Sequence record: DRR723986_9347
Strand: one strand, 5' to 3'
DNA length: 47,070 nucleotides
Positions 17,882 through 28,000 of this stretch are shown here, one piece after another. A program made the position numbers and the translations under genes. The notes under the pieces are model-generated. The model saw only the letters and a program-made list of their open reading frames with translations, made no database searches and was not told the origin of the DNA. Positions within the stretch are counted from its first letter, which is position 1. Each line of letters opens with the position of its first letter.

Positions 17882-20800
17882 ATGAATACTCTTGGAAAAA
17901 CTTTAGCCATTCTGGCACTTTTTATCACCTCTATTGGTCTTACACAAAACTGGCAGCATGTTGGCACCCCAGGTTCTATTTCAACAGCCAGCGAAATGGA
18001 TTTCGTTATCGCCGAAAATGGTGATATGTTTGTGTTTTATAAGGATTTAGGAACAGGCTTTGGAAATGTCATGACATGGAATGGCTCTGCTTGGTCTAAC
18101 GTAGGTCCTGCAAATTGGATTAACTCATCTTGCTCAGAACTGAAAATTGAAACTATGACAGATGGTACGCCTGTTATTTCTTATAAACAGTCAGCAGGTA
18201 CAGATAGGATTAGGGTTCATATTTATAATGCAGGTTCTTGGGCAGAATATGGTTCTGGGCAGTTTTTTACATCTACTCTCACGCGGCCATATGATTTAAA
18301 CGTAGACGTAAATGATCAAGTGTCAATTGCATACTATAATTTGAATGCAAATTTAGGGTCGGTATTGGAGTTTATATGGCTCGATATGAATCTATCTGGA
18401 CAAGGACAAGCCGGTTCTGATTTATCGCAATACATTGATAATACGATCAGTATAGCAAAATCTGATTCTCCCTATGGGTATTGGGAAATGCATGGGGATT
18501 ATGATATTGGAATATTTACAGCGTTAAACGTTAGTACTTCAGCAAATAGCTTTACTTTCCAATCACCGGCAGGTGGTGGAGCAATTGACAATAATGATGG
18601 TGCTTTAGCTTCTGAAGCTGAAATTAGGTATGTAAATGGTTCGGAGAAGTTTGTGTCTATTTGGAAAGAGGATAATGGGCCTACGAATCCATTAAGAATG
18701 AGATATTATGATATTTCTACTGATACCTATAGTACAAGTCTTTATATTTCAGCGAATGTATTCAATAGTGACTTTGCTGTGGCCAGTGATGGGTATGCCT
18801 ATACAATGGATGAGCATACAGGATACGGTATGACAAGAGTAGATTTATCAAGCATGACTCCGATTACTTATGCGAATAATTTTATACCGGGTGTTTCTGC
18901 TATTGATAATCCGAGAGTAGACACCGAAAATGATCGAATCGTTGTTGCTTGGATAAATCAAATCACTAATCAAGTTGAAGTGTACGAAGAAGATAACGCA
19001 GCGACAATTGCATCCAACGGAGATATAACGACTTGCAGTGGTGGAAATTACGCGGTATCTGGACCAAATTTTACCGTTAACGATAATAATTATGATCATT
19101 CTTATTTGAGTTTTAATGTAATCTCAGACAATAATGCATTAATTAATTCTGCCAATGTCGTAATCGGAGGAACTTATCCAAACTATACCATTCAATTCCC
19201 TTCGGCTGAAGTTGCAGTGGACGACATGGTTCAGTTGACCATTGAAGTCTATGAAGACGGGAATTTTTCGGATGATGTTAATATTGATGTGACTTTATTG
19301 GCTTTGCCTACTATTACATCCAATATTCCAAGCCCTTCTTGCGATAATGATCCATTCTTCAACTTGATGCCGCATGTCAATCCTACTGGTGGACTTTTTT
19401 CCGGAGTTGGTGTAAACAGTAATAAGTTTTATCCGTCATCAGTAAGTCCGGGTGCTTATGACGTTGTTTATACGGTTGCTGGTGCAAATGGCTGTGTAAA
19501 TAAAGATACCTCTACTATAATTGTTAATTCGTCACCGGTATTGGCCATGTCCAGTACACAGGCTACTTGTGGAAATTTAGACGGAACTGCCACAGTAGAT
19601 ATTGATGGAGGATCGGGAATTGGAGCGTATTCAGTTTATTGGAGCAACGGTGAAAGTAATGTAGCTACCATTGATGATTTAGCAATGGGGTCATATTATG
19701 TTAATGTGACCAATGCTGATGGCTGTACATCCGTTGGTTCAGCATCTGTTAGTTCTACAGCCTTTACTTTATCTGCTAACCTTACACAAATCGATTGTCA
19801 TGGAGATATGGATGGAGCTATTGATTTGACGATTAATGGAACTACTGGCCCTTATACTGTGGTTTGGTCAACTGGAGCAACTACTGAAGATTTATCTAAT
19901 TTACCTTCAGGAGCTTATGATGTTACTGTAACTGATAATGCCGGATGCCAAGCAGTAGAAACTTACATTATTAGTGATCCAGGTGAAATTTTTGCCAATG
20001 TGACAATTACCAATGCCAATTGTGGATTAGGGGATGGATCACTTCAGTCAAACGGATCAGGTGGAACAGGATCTCTATCTTACCAATGGTTTGAAGGTGA
20101 TGGAACTTATATCGACAATTCAGCATTGATAACGAGTTTAGAAGGGGGGTCATACTACGTGGTTATTACAGATGATAACGGATGTACAAAACTTGAAAAT
20201 GTTACCCTTAATGAAAATGGAGGACCCACCATCACAATTGATAGTGTATTTAATGTAACGTGCTCTTCTCAAGGTGCAATATTTACTACTGTAAATAGTG
20301 CCGCAGCGATTCAAAATTTAGATTGGTCTAATGGCGCTACCACACCAGATATTACTGGATTAACAGCAGGTTATTATTCTGTTGTCGTAGAAGATGTAAA
20401 TTCTTGTATTGGAACGGCTTCAGTAACGGTTACTAATCAGGGACCTGACCAACAATTATTGTGTATGGTAACGGTAGACAGTGCTACAAATACTAACAGA
20501 ATAGTTTGGGAAAAACCCGTAAGTACAGACATTTCGCATTACAATATCTATCGTGAATCATCTGTTCTAGGTGTTTATCAATTTGTTGACTCTGTTTTAT
20601 ACGCGGATGAATCATTTTTCAATGATACTATCGCTTCTCCTCTTGTGAGATCGTGGCGTTATAAAATATCTGCAGTAGATAATTGTGGTGTTGAAAGCGA
20701 TCTAAGTGATGTGCATAAAACAATCCATTTAACAATTAACACAGGATTATCAGGCTTGATAAATCTTGCTTGGGATGAATACGAAGGATTTCCTTATTCA

Positions 20801-21274
20801 ACTTTCGATATTTGGAGGTATACAACACTTACAGGATGGATGCTTATTCAAAGTTTACCGTCAAACAGCTTCTCTTTTAGTGATGTTGCACCATCCGCAA
20901 GTGGCCTGACCTATATGATAGTGATAACACCACCGTCTATGTGTACTTCAGTAAAGGCAACTGATTATAATTCTTCTAGATCAAATAAAAGTTATTCTGC
21001 CGGTGGCTTTGGACCGGGGGTAGGGATAGATGAATTGGAACATGGCTACTCGCTTTATCCTAATCCTACGTGTGAGCGTTTCACTGTTTATCAAACTGGT
21101 CAAGTTCAAGAAACTGATTATTCATTAAGAGATGCCCAAGGAAGAATCATCTTAACTAAGACGACAGCAGAATCAATTATTGATTTTGATTTGATTGATT
21201 TCGAATCGGGGATCTATTATCTCTCTTTCAAAACAGATGAAGGTTTCGTAACTGAAAAAATTGTTAAACAATAA
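17882..21274 (+). CDS. Large T9SS-secreted protein: beta-propeller-like head, Ig-like stalk, 4 SprB-type repeats, 2 FN3-like domains, type A CTD
   Basis: Likely start ATG 17882, because the TTG at 17858 lies inside the -7 box TATATTTG (17853-17860). SprB repeats 'TC...DG...YWSNG...L..G.Y.V.VT...GC'; CTD 'LYPNPT..DAQGR..GIYYL..KIVKQ'. Confidence 0.9.
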   Translation: MNTLGKTLAILALFITSIGLTQNWQHVGTPGSISTASEMDFVIAENGDMFVFYKDLGTGFGNVMTWNGSAWSNVGPANWINSSCSELKIETMTDGTPVISYKQSAGTDRIRVHIYNAGSWAEYGSGQFFTSTLTRPYDLNVDVNDQVSIAYYNLNANLGSVLEFIWLDMNLSGQGQAGSDLSQYIDNTISIAKSDSPYGYWEMHGDYDIGIFTALNVSTSANSFTFQSPAGGGAIDNNDGALASEAEIRYVNGSEKFVSIWKEDNGPTNPLRMRYYDISTDTYSTSLYISANVFNSDFAVASDGYAYTMDEHTGYGMTRVDLSSMTPITYANNFIPGVSAIDNPRVDTENDRIVVAWINQITNQVEVYEEDNAATIASNGDITTCSGGNYAVSGPNFTVNDNNYDHSYLSFNVISDNNALINSANVVIGGTYPNYTIQFPSAEVAVDDMVQLTIEVYEDGNFSDDVNIDVTLLALPTITSNIPSPSCDNDPFFNLMPHVNPTGGLFSGVGVNSNKFYPSSVSPGAYDVVYTVAGANGCVNKDTSTIIVNSSPVLAMSSTQATCGNLDGTATVDIDGGSGIGAYSVYWSNGESNVATIDDLAMGSYYVNVTNADGCTSVGSASVSSTAFTLSANLTQIDCHGDMDGAIDLTINGTTGPYTVVWSTGATTEDLSNLPSGAYDVTVTDNAGCQAVETYIISDPGEIFANVTITNANCGLGDGSLQSNGSGGTGSLSYQWFEGDGTYIDNSALITSLEGGSYYVVITDDNGCTKLENVTLNENGGPTITIDSVFNVTCSSQGAIFTTVNSAAAIQNLDWSNGATTPDITGLTAGYYSVVVEDVNSCIGTASVTVTNQGPDQQLLCMVTVDSATNTNRIVWEKPVSTDISHYNIYRESSVLGVYQFVDSVLYADESFFNDTIASPLVRSWRYKISAVDNCGVESDLSDVHKTIHLTINTGLSGLINLAWDEYEGFPYSTFDIWRYTTLTGWMLIQSLPSNSFSFSDVAPSASGLTYMIVITPPSMCTSVKATDYNSSRSNKSYSAGGFGPGVGIDELEHGYSLYPNPTCERFTVYQTGQVQETDYSLRDAQGRIILTKTTAESIIDFDLIDFESGIYYLSFKTDEGFVTEKIVKQ

Positions 21275-21291
21275 CAATCATTGTATATTCT

Positions 21292-21319
21292 AAAAACCGG
21301 CCTCGAGCCGGTTTTTTTT
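21292..21319 (+). terminator. Rho-independent terminator
   Basis: AAAAACCGGC-ctcga-GCCGGTTTTTTTT, 17 nt after the stop. Confidence 0.88.
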
Positions 21320-21422
21320 ATGGCTCACAATTCCCAAAAAACACATGAGAAATTTAACAGAATTAAGGATTCATCTTTTTAATCGTCAAAAATCCCGTAA
21401 TTTTATACAAATCTCCAACATC

Positions 21423-24158
21423 ATGAAATATTCACTCTTAGTTGCCTCTGTTACGTTTATGTTCTCTTGTGGAACTGTTAATGAAGACAAAAATAAAGGT
21501 GAGAATCCGCTTCAGGAGGATCATTTAATGTCAGAAGGAACGGCTACTGATCCGGGATCTAGAATAGAGTGGGAACGTATTCGGTTGGCAAACCCAGCAA
21601 CGGGTGAAATTCCAGCAAACATTAAAAAAAGAGAACTAGAATTTGCACAAACTTTACCGAGTACGAATGTAAAATCAAACTTCACATGGAATCAACGAGG
21701 TCCATTTAATGTTGGAGGTAGAACCAGAACCATAGCTTTAGATGTCTTGGATGAAAATATTATGCTTGCAGGAGGAGTTACTGGAGGAATTTGGAGGAGC
21801 ACAGATGGAGGTACAACATGGATAAAAGTAACTGACCCAATGGATTCTCATTCAATCACAGCGATTTGTCAAGATACTAGACCAGGACATGAATCAACTT
21901 GGTACGCCGGTACAGGCGAGCATTACGGTATTGTTAGTCAAACGACATTTATTTCAAGAGCAAGTGGAAACGGCTTGTTAAAAAGTACGGATAACGGGTT
22001 AACTTGGGCACCCTTGACCTCAACGCAATCAAATACACCTGAGACATTTCTTGAAAACGGAGATATGGATTTTGTATGGCGAATTGTAACAGACCCTACA
22101 GACATGGTAAATGACGTTGTTTTAGCGGCAGTTTATAATGGAGTTTACCGTTCAACAGACGGTGGAGCAACTTGGACAGCAGTTTTAGGATTTGCAAACG
22201 GTGCAACTTCAGATTATGTTGATTTGGTAGTGAGCCCGACTGGTGTGTTTTATTGCACCATGTCCAGTGATGGACTAGATAAAGGAGTTTATAGGTCAGA
22301 TGACGGTGTGAATTGGACCTACATTGTTCCGACAGGTTTTGTTACAACATATGGTCGTTTAGCGATAGCCATTAATCCTTTGGATGAAAATGTAGTTTGG
22401 TTTTTTGGTTCAACAAGTGCTGCAACAGCAAATGGGCACTCAATATACCGTTACGAGTATTTAGGTGGTGACGGTTCAGGGGCCAATGGGGCTTGGGATG
22501 ATAGAAGCGCCATGTTACCTCATCAATCATGCTATTTATCCGAAATTACCGCAGAAATTGGCTTACTAAGTACGCAGCAATCTTTTGATGTTCACATTGC
22601 CGTGCATCCTACCGACACAGCTACAATCTATATTGCCGGCACTTCTATTTGGAGAAATAATGATGCCTTTTTGCATGATTCTACTAATACTTGGATTGGC
22701 GGATATCAATGTGACCCTCTCCCATACAATGATTTAAATTGGAATTTAAGTTATCCGAATCATCATCCCGATCAACACTATATCACCTTTTTACCATCTG
22801 ATCCTCATGTCTTGATCAATGTTAATGATGGTGGAATTTATCGGACGGATAGTTGTTTGAAAGATTCAGTTGATTGGACTCCTTTAAATAATGGTTATAT
22901 AACTACGCAGTTTTATGCAATCGCAATTGAACCTGGTGTGGCAACATCAGAAATGATTATTGGGGGCTTGCAAGACAATGGTACTTGGTTTACAAACACA
23001 GATGAATTTGATTCTACTTGGAAGTATATTGGCTCAGGAGATGGTATGTATTGTGCCATGACGAATGGACGTGATTATTACCTAACATCAAAACAAAGAG
23101 GAAAGCTGTACCTCAAGCAAATAGACGATAACGGGAGCGTGTTGGCGCATGAAAGAATTGACCCAGATGGGGCAACCAATAATTATAACTGGGCCAATAG
23201 TTTCAAATTAGATCCATCAAATGATAAAAGAATTATCTGGAATGGAAAGAACAAATTGTGGAGATTAGATGATTTAACTCAAATACCGATAAGTGGAGAC
23301 AGGGTAAACAAAGAGCCTAATCATTGGACGATAATGAACGAAAGTAATGTTGGACCGCAGTCATCCATTATTTCAGATATTGAAATGTGTGAATCTGATT
23401 CGGACAGAGTTTGGTACGGTACAACTAATGGGTACCTGTACCGTTTAGACCATGCTTATGGTTTTTCAGGAACACCGACAAAGGTGGATATAAAAGGAAC
23501 CAACTTTCCATCCGGAGGATATGTTTCTTCGATTGGGGTGAACCCATTTAATTCGGATCAAATTATTGTGACATTCGGAAATTATGAAATACCATCAGTA
23601 TTTATTACAAATGACGGTGGGGTTTCATGGATGGATATTAGCGGTAATTTAGAAGAAAATCCAGATGGATCAGGAGCGGGTCCAGCTGCTTTTTGGTGCG
23701 AATATTATCCTGATGGAACTTTATTTGTGGGTACATCAACGGGGCTATATACTACCGATAATATTGCCGGTGCTGGAACAGTTTGGACGCTAGAAGCAGG
23801 GATTGGAAATGTACCGGTTGATCATATGGATTACAGAACGCATGATGGCTTTTTTGTGGTCGGGACGCATGGTCAAGGAATTTTCTCTACTCATTTGCAG
23901 CCTGCATTTGTTGGGATAGAAACAGTTAAAGAGGAATTGAAGGTTTATCCCACTTTAGTAGATGATCAAATTCAAATCAATTCACCAAAAGGAGCGAATA
24001 GACTAGAAGTGTATAACCTGTCTGGCCAGTTAGTGACGCAATCTATTTTGATGAATCAATCTACAACATTGAATGTAGAGAACTTCAGAGCCGGAGCTTA
24101 TATCATTGTGGTGAAGTCGGATAGTGAAGTGTGGACGCAGAAAGTGGTGAAGAAATAG
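21423..24158 (+). CDS. BNR/Asp-box (VPS10/GH74-like) beta-propeller protein with T9SS type A CTD
   Basis: Likely start ATG 21423. 'W..RGP.NVGGRTR', Asp-boxes STDGGTTW, STDNGLTW, STDGGATW, SDDGVNW, TNDGGVSW; 'HPDQH', 'GGLQDNG', 'GTHGQG'; CTD 'VYPT..YNLSGQ..GAYI..KVVKK'. Confidence 0.9.
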   Translation: MKYSLLVASVTFMFSCGTVNEDKNKGENPLQEDHLMSEGTATDPGSRIEWERIRLANPATGEIPANIKKRELEFAQTLPSTNVKSNFTWNQRGPFNVGGRTRTIALDVLDENIMLAGGVTGGIWRSTDGGTTWIKVTDPMDSHSITAICQDTRPGHESTWYAGTGEHYGIVSQTTFISRASGNGLLKSTDNGLTWAPLTSTQSNTPETFLENGDMDFVWRIVTDPTDMVNDVVLAAVYNGVYRSTDGGATWTAVLGFANGATSDYVDLVVSPTGVFYCTMSSDGLDKGVYRSDDGVNWTYIVPTGFVTTYGRLAIAINPLDENVVWFFGSTSAATANGHSIYRYEYLGGDGSGANGAWDDRSAMLPHQSCYLSEITAEIGLLSTQQSFDVHIAVHPTDTATIYIAGTSIWRNNDAFLHDSTNTWIGGYQCDPLPYNDLNWNLSYPNHHPDQHYITFLPSDPHVLINVNDGGIYRTDSCLKDSVDWTPLNNGYITTQFYAIAIEPGVATSEMIIGGLQDNGTWFTNTDEFDSTWKYIGSGDGMYCAMTNGRDYYLTSKQRGKLYLKQIDDNGSVLAHERIDPDGATNNYNWANSFKLDPSNDKRIIWNGKNKLWRLDDLTQIPISGDRVNKEPNHWTIMNESNVGPQSSIISDIEMCESDSDRVWYGTTNGYLYRLDHAYGFSGTPTKVDIKGTNFPSGGYVSSIGVNPFNSDQIIVTFGNYEIPSVFITNDGGVSWMDISGNLEENPDGSGAGPAAFWCEYYPDGTLFVGTSTGLYTTDNIAGAGTVWTLEAGIGNVPVDHMDYRTHDGFFVVGTHGQGIFSTHLQPAFVGIETVKEELKVYPTLVDDQIQINSPKGANRLEVYNLSGQLVTQSILMNQSTTLNVENFRAGAYIIVVKSDSEVWTQKVVKK

Positions 24159-24188
24159 AATTGACTTAAATTATTATGGATGTGTGCA

Positions 24189-24241
24189 GTGGTTAATTTA
24201 ACCACAAAGTACACCAAGTTTTCGCGGAGACCACAAAGTAC
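24189..24241. repeat. Intergenic palindrome plus 12-bp direct repeat
   Basis: GTGGTTAA-t-TTAACCAC (24189-24205); ACCACAAAGTAC at 24201-24212 and 24230-24241. Confidence 0.6.
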
Positions 24242-24294
24242 TGATTGTAGAAATTCAACCTTCAATATCTAAATAGTCTAATCATTTTCCGTCA

Positions 24295-25062
24295 TTACAA
24301 CCTACTATGACTCTCTTGTTTTTTACCCAGGTTGAACATATAGTTCAAGCTCATTTGAAAATACTGATGGTTTTGTAAGTCATTATCTCCTTTGTCTATC
24401 CGATAGTCAGGAAAACCAAATTGGTAAGCAATATTAATTCCTACGTTATAAGTCTGGTAAGCAAGGCCAACTTTCATCCCGTAATCAAAAATTCGTAAAT
24501 TCTTTTGAGTAGATTTTTCAATAATCTCTTCTGTAAAAGGTGCAGGCAAAAAAGAGGAAATTGTACCCGAGTCATCAAATTCATTGAAATCTATTGCTTG
24601 AGTAAAAGGTGCATAAGTTTCTTCGCGTTCAATAGATCTTGCACTAAACATCCAACTAAAATAAGGTCCAAAATAGCCGCTAAATTCTTTGTATTGGTAT
24701 TGAGCCATCACTGGAAATTCAAAATAATTCTGTACCTGACGCCCCTCAGTACTTACATAACTGTCAAAATTGACCCCTGGAATTTCAAACCCCAATTCTT
24801 CTAGCAAAGCAAATTTGGTGGTATCATTTGATCCAAATGCTTGCCTTTTTTGAGCATAGTAGAATCCAGATTTGATGGCAAAGAAATCTAAAAAATCATA
24901 TTCAAAAGCGATTCCAGCATACCACCCCGGCTGAAAATCTTTACCGAAATCATGACGTTCTATTTGGATAGCATTCATTCCGAGTTCGGGTCCTACATGT
25001 ATTCTTTGGCTGAAACTTTTGCCGGTTACGAACAATAAACAGATTAGCAGTAATTTTTGCAT
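24295..25062 (-). CDS. PorT-family-like outer-membrane beta-barrel protein
   Basis: Likely start ATG 25062 (signal peptide ending FS|Q). 'GPELGMN', 'GWYAG', 'YYAQK', 'NYFEFPV', 'GPYFSW', 'FDYG', 'QMSLNYMF'. Confidence 0.8.
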   Translation of the reverse strand: MQKLLLICLLFVTGKSFSQRIHVGPELGMNAIQIERHDFGKDFQPGWYAGIAFEYDFLDFFAIKSGFYYAQKRQAFGSNDTTKFALLEELGFEIPGVNFDSYVSTEGRQVQNYFEFPVMAQYQYKEFSGYFGPYFSWMFSARSIEREETYAPFTQAIDFNEFDDSGTISSFLPAPFTEEIIEKSTQKNLRIFDYGMKVGLAYQTYNVGINIAYQFGFPDYRIDKGDNDLQNHQYFQMSLNYMFNLGKKQESHSRL

Positions 25063-25084
25063 GTCACTTTTGATTCGGTTTAGC

Positions 25085-28000
25085 TTAAAGATTTGTAGTG
25101 TCAATAGTTCGAATAGCTCCATACCATTTTAGTATGCGTTCACCAATACCAGGGATTTCTATGTGAAAAATGTAAAGACCTCCGGCAATAATCACATTAT
25201 GTTCATTTTTTAAATCCCAGTCCTGAAAAGTTAATGGGTTAGACTTGGTTATGGTCTTGATGAGCTGCCCCGCCATATTAAAAATACGAATCGTACAATT
25301 TTCTGGGAGATTAGTGATTTTAACCCGATTATCTAGTTGTGTTTGCTCATAGCTTGAATAGGCGTAATATGGGTTGGGAACGATTTTAATTAAATCCAGT
25401 TCATCAATTTGGACGTCCGAAAGTCCAGTTGCACTAACAAAGTTTGATGTGGAAAAAGTATAGGCTGGACGTCCTTGATTTACTCCGGTAAACACCTGGT
25501 TCTGATAAGGATGATTCACTCTTAATTTGATTCTCACGTCAGTTGCTAAAAGTTCTGCGTTGGGGACTAACAATGGCTGCATTACCCACATGCAATTTTG
25601 CCAAGCAGTTCTGTATGATGGTAAGGTTTCATTTGATAGCTGATTATGAAGCCAAACTCCTTGGTCATACCTTGGGGCATCAGAAAAGTTAATTCCCACT
25701 CCGAAAATGTAAATTGAATGGCCTCCTCCAAAGAGTGGTAAACCAACATTATCAGCAAATTCTGACGTTGGATTCCATACCATATCGCGACCATTTGAGC
25801 CAATTAACCAAGAATTTTCTCCAAATGCCAAATTAAGTCTTTCTCCGGTCTCAACATCAATCGCGTATCCGGGGAACCAGCCCATGCCCGTTCCAGAAAT
25901 TGGATTACCATTTTTATCAACCGAACTGGCTGCTCTTAATTTCATGATGGATGAATTACCTTCAGCTTGAGTGTTATTATGCGAAGTTTCAATAACTGGA
26001 CATTGTGTCCATTTACTTTTATCTGCTGTTATGACCAAATCAACTCCATGAACATCAGCCAAACTATTTTTGTCCTGAGCGACTTGCGGATTAAACCATG
26101 AACTTGGATCTAATAAAGTTGGACCGTATACAGCATCCGGAAAACCTATAGGCATGCCAATGAATTCATGGCCAACCAATTTAAAAGGAGCAACTGTACC
26201 GTCCAAGAGGGTCTCATAAAGTTCATCAAAATCCATGTTTTTATCATCATAATAACATGAGTTATATAATTCACCGGGAATGCAATCAACCGTATCTGCC
26301 TCTTCATCACCTGACCTTATCCAGTTGGTTGGATAAAAAATATCATCATCTTCAAGCCCCATTAGCCACGCTTTACTAGAATCTTCAAAAAAGATGGAGG
26401 CTCCTATAGGATCTGCTTCCCAATTTGGATAAGATTGATTGGTATTGCGATACTTCGATTGTTCTATAATTACTGATATCCCCCATTCAGGGATTAAATA
26501 TTCATTTAATTGTTGGATACCACTTTCGGAGTTGATACTTTCTCCGGTAGTTAAGTTGGTCAATTCCCAGCCAGCAGAATCCAAATTTCCTGATGCATCC
26601 TCTTCAAAAAACAATTGAAAATCGGCATCTGTAATGTTAAGAGGGTCAATAACTTGTATTTTTACTGGCCCCGCTCCTTCTTGATATTCCAATTCATTTA
26701 CATAACCATTGGCCAAAATAGTATTCTCAGCTTCTTCTGAAATGTCAGTCCAATTACCTCCATTTCCCCAACCATCTACTCGGGTAACGGGCAATTCAAA
26801 TCCATAAGGCACCGAAAAACTTGATCCACCGGCTTCAATGCTCGGTCTGTGCGGTATTCCTTCATAGGCAATGACTTCCCCAATGGAAGCTTTTCGAGAA
26901 GCTAAATAAGGTTTTTGTTGACCATTTAAAGAAGCCGGAATGTTGGGATCGTAGATTTTAAATTGGTTTGCAGAGTAAGATACCGCCATATAGTAGTAGC
27001 TCTTAAAGTTGACCAAGGCCCGATCTCCAGTAGCAAATAAATCTTCTTTTACTGAGAATGAATGATAAATTCCCTCGTTATTTCCGTCTACCTCTATTTG
27101 GGGAATTGGACCTCCAATGTTTGAATCAAAGGTGTAGTTAATGAGCTTTGTTATAGTGTCTTTAATATCACATTGAAAAACTAATCGTGCCAACTCCACA
27201 TTATTTAAATCTGTAGGAGATACGGTAGCATCTACCAATTGAAATACCTGATATCCCTGAAAATGATATTTATTATCAAAATTTGGCGCGTTGTCAACGT
27301 TTACAATAAAGGGATCAACTTCTTCGTAATCCTCATTTGCATTATTGGATGAAGGAGGGTTGTAAATACTGATGATCAATTCATTTTCCATTTCTTGAAT
27401 GGATAAATCTGGAGCATGTGGACCTTCTAAAACCTTAAAACAGTTGTCAAATAACGCCTGGGCCTTATCATCTGCTTTTCTTAATTCAACAACAGATTCA
27501 AAAGGGTCTCCGGTATTGGCTCGAGCCCATACTACGCCATAAGTAATATTATTTACTGCCCCAGGTTGAAGGATGAAAGGACCAGATGATTGGGCAAATC
27601 GTCTATCAAATGGAAGATTACCTGCTGTTTGTTCTGTCCAGTTTGCTTGCACATTTCCACCGGTTCCCCATCCAATTGGGTCAGAATTACCCGGGAACAT
27701 GTAATTGGCTTCAATAGCAGCAATGGCTCCAACTGATGCATAATGTCCACTTCCACCATATACAAAAGGAGTTCCGTCCTTCCAGAATCCACTCAAATAA
27801 CGATAATATTCTTGAGCAGTTTGTGGGTCGGTTTGTGCTCCTGCCGCGCCGTTATTGTAATATAAAAATCTGCTCATTCCTAATCGCTCATTGTCAATTA
27901 CTCCATCACCATATCCTATTCCCAAGCCTGAATACGGAATTCCATTTTGAGCCACGGCCTCCGGGTAATTTGTTGTTAATGGATTGTCTATTCCATCATT

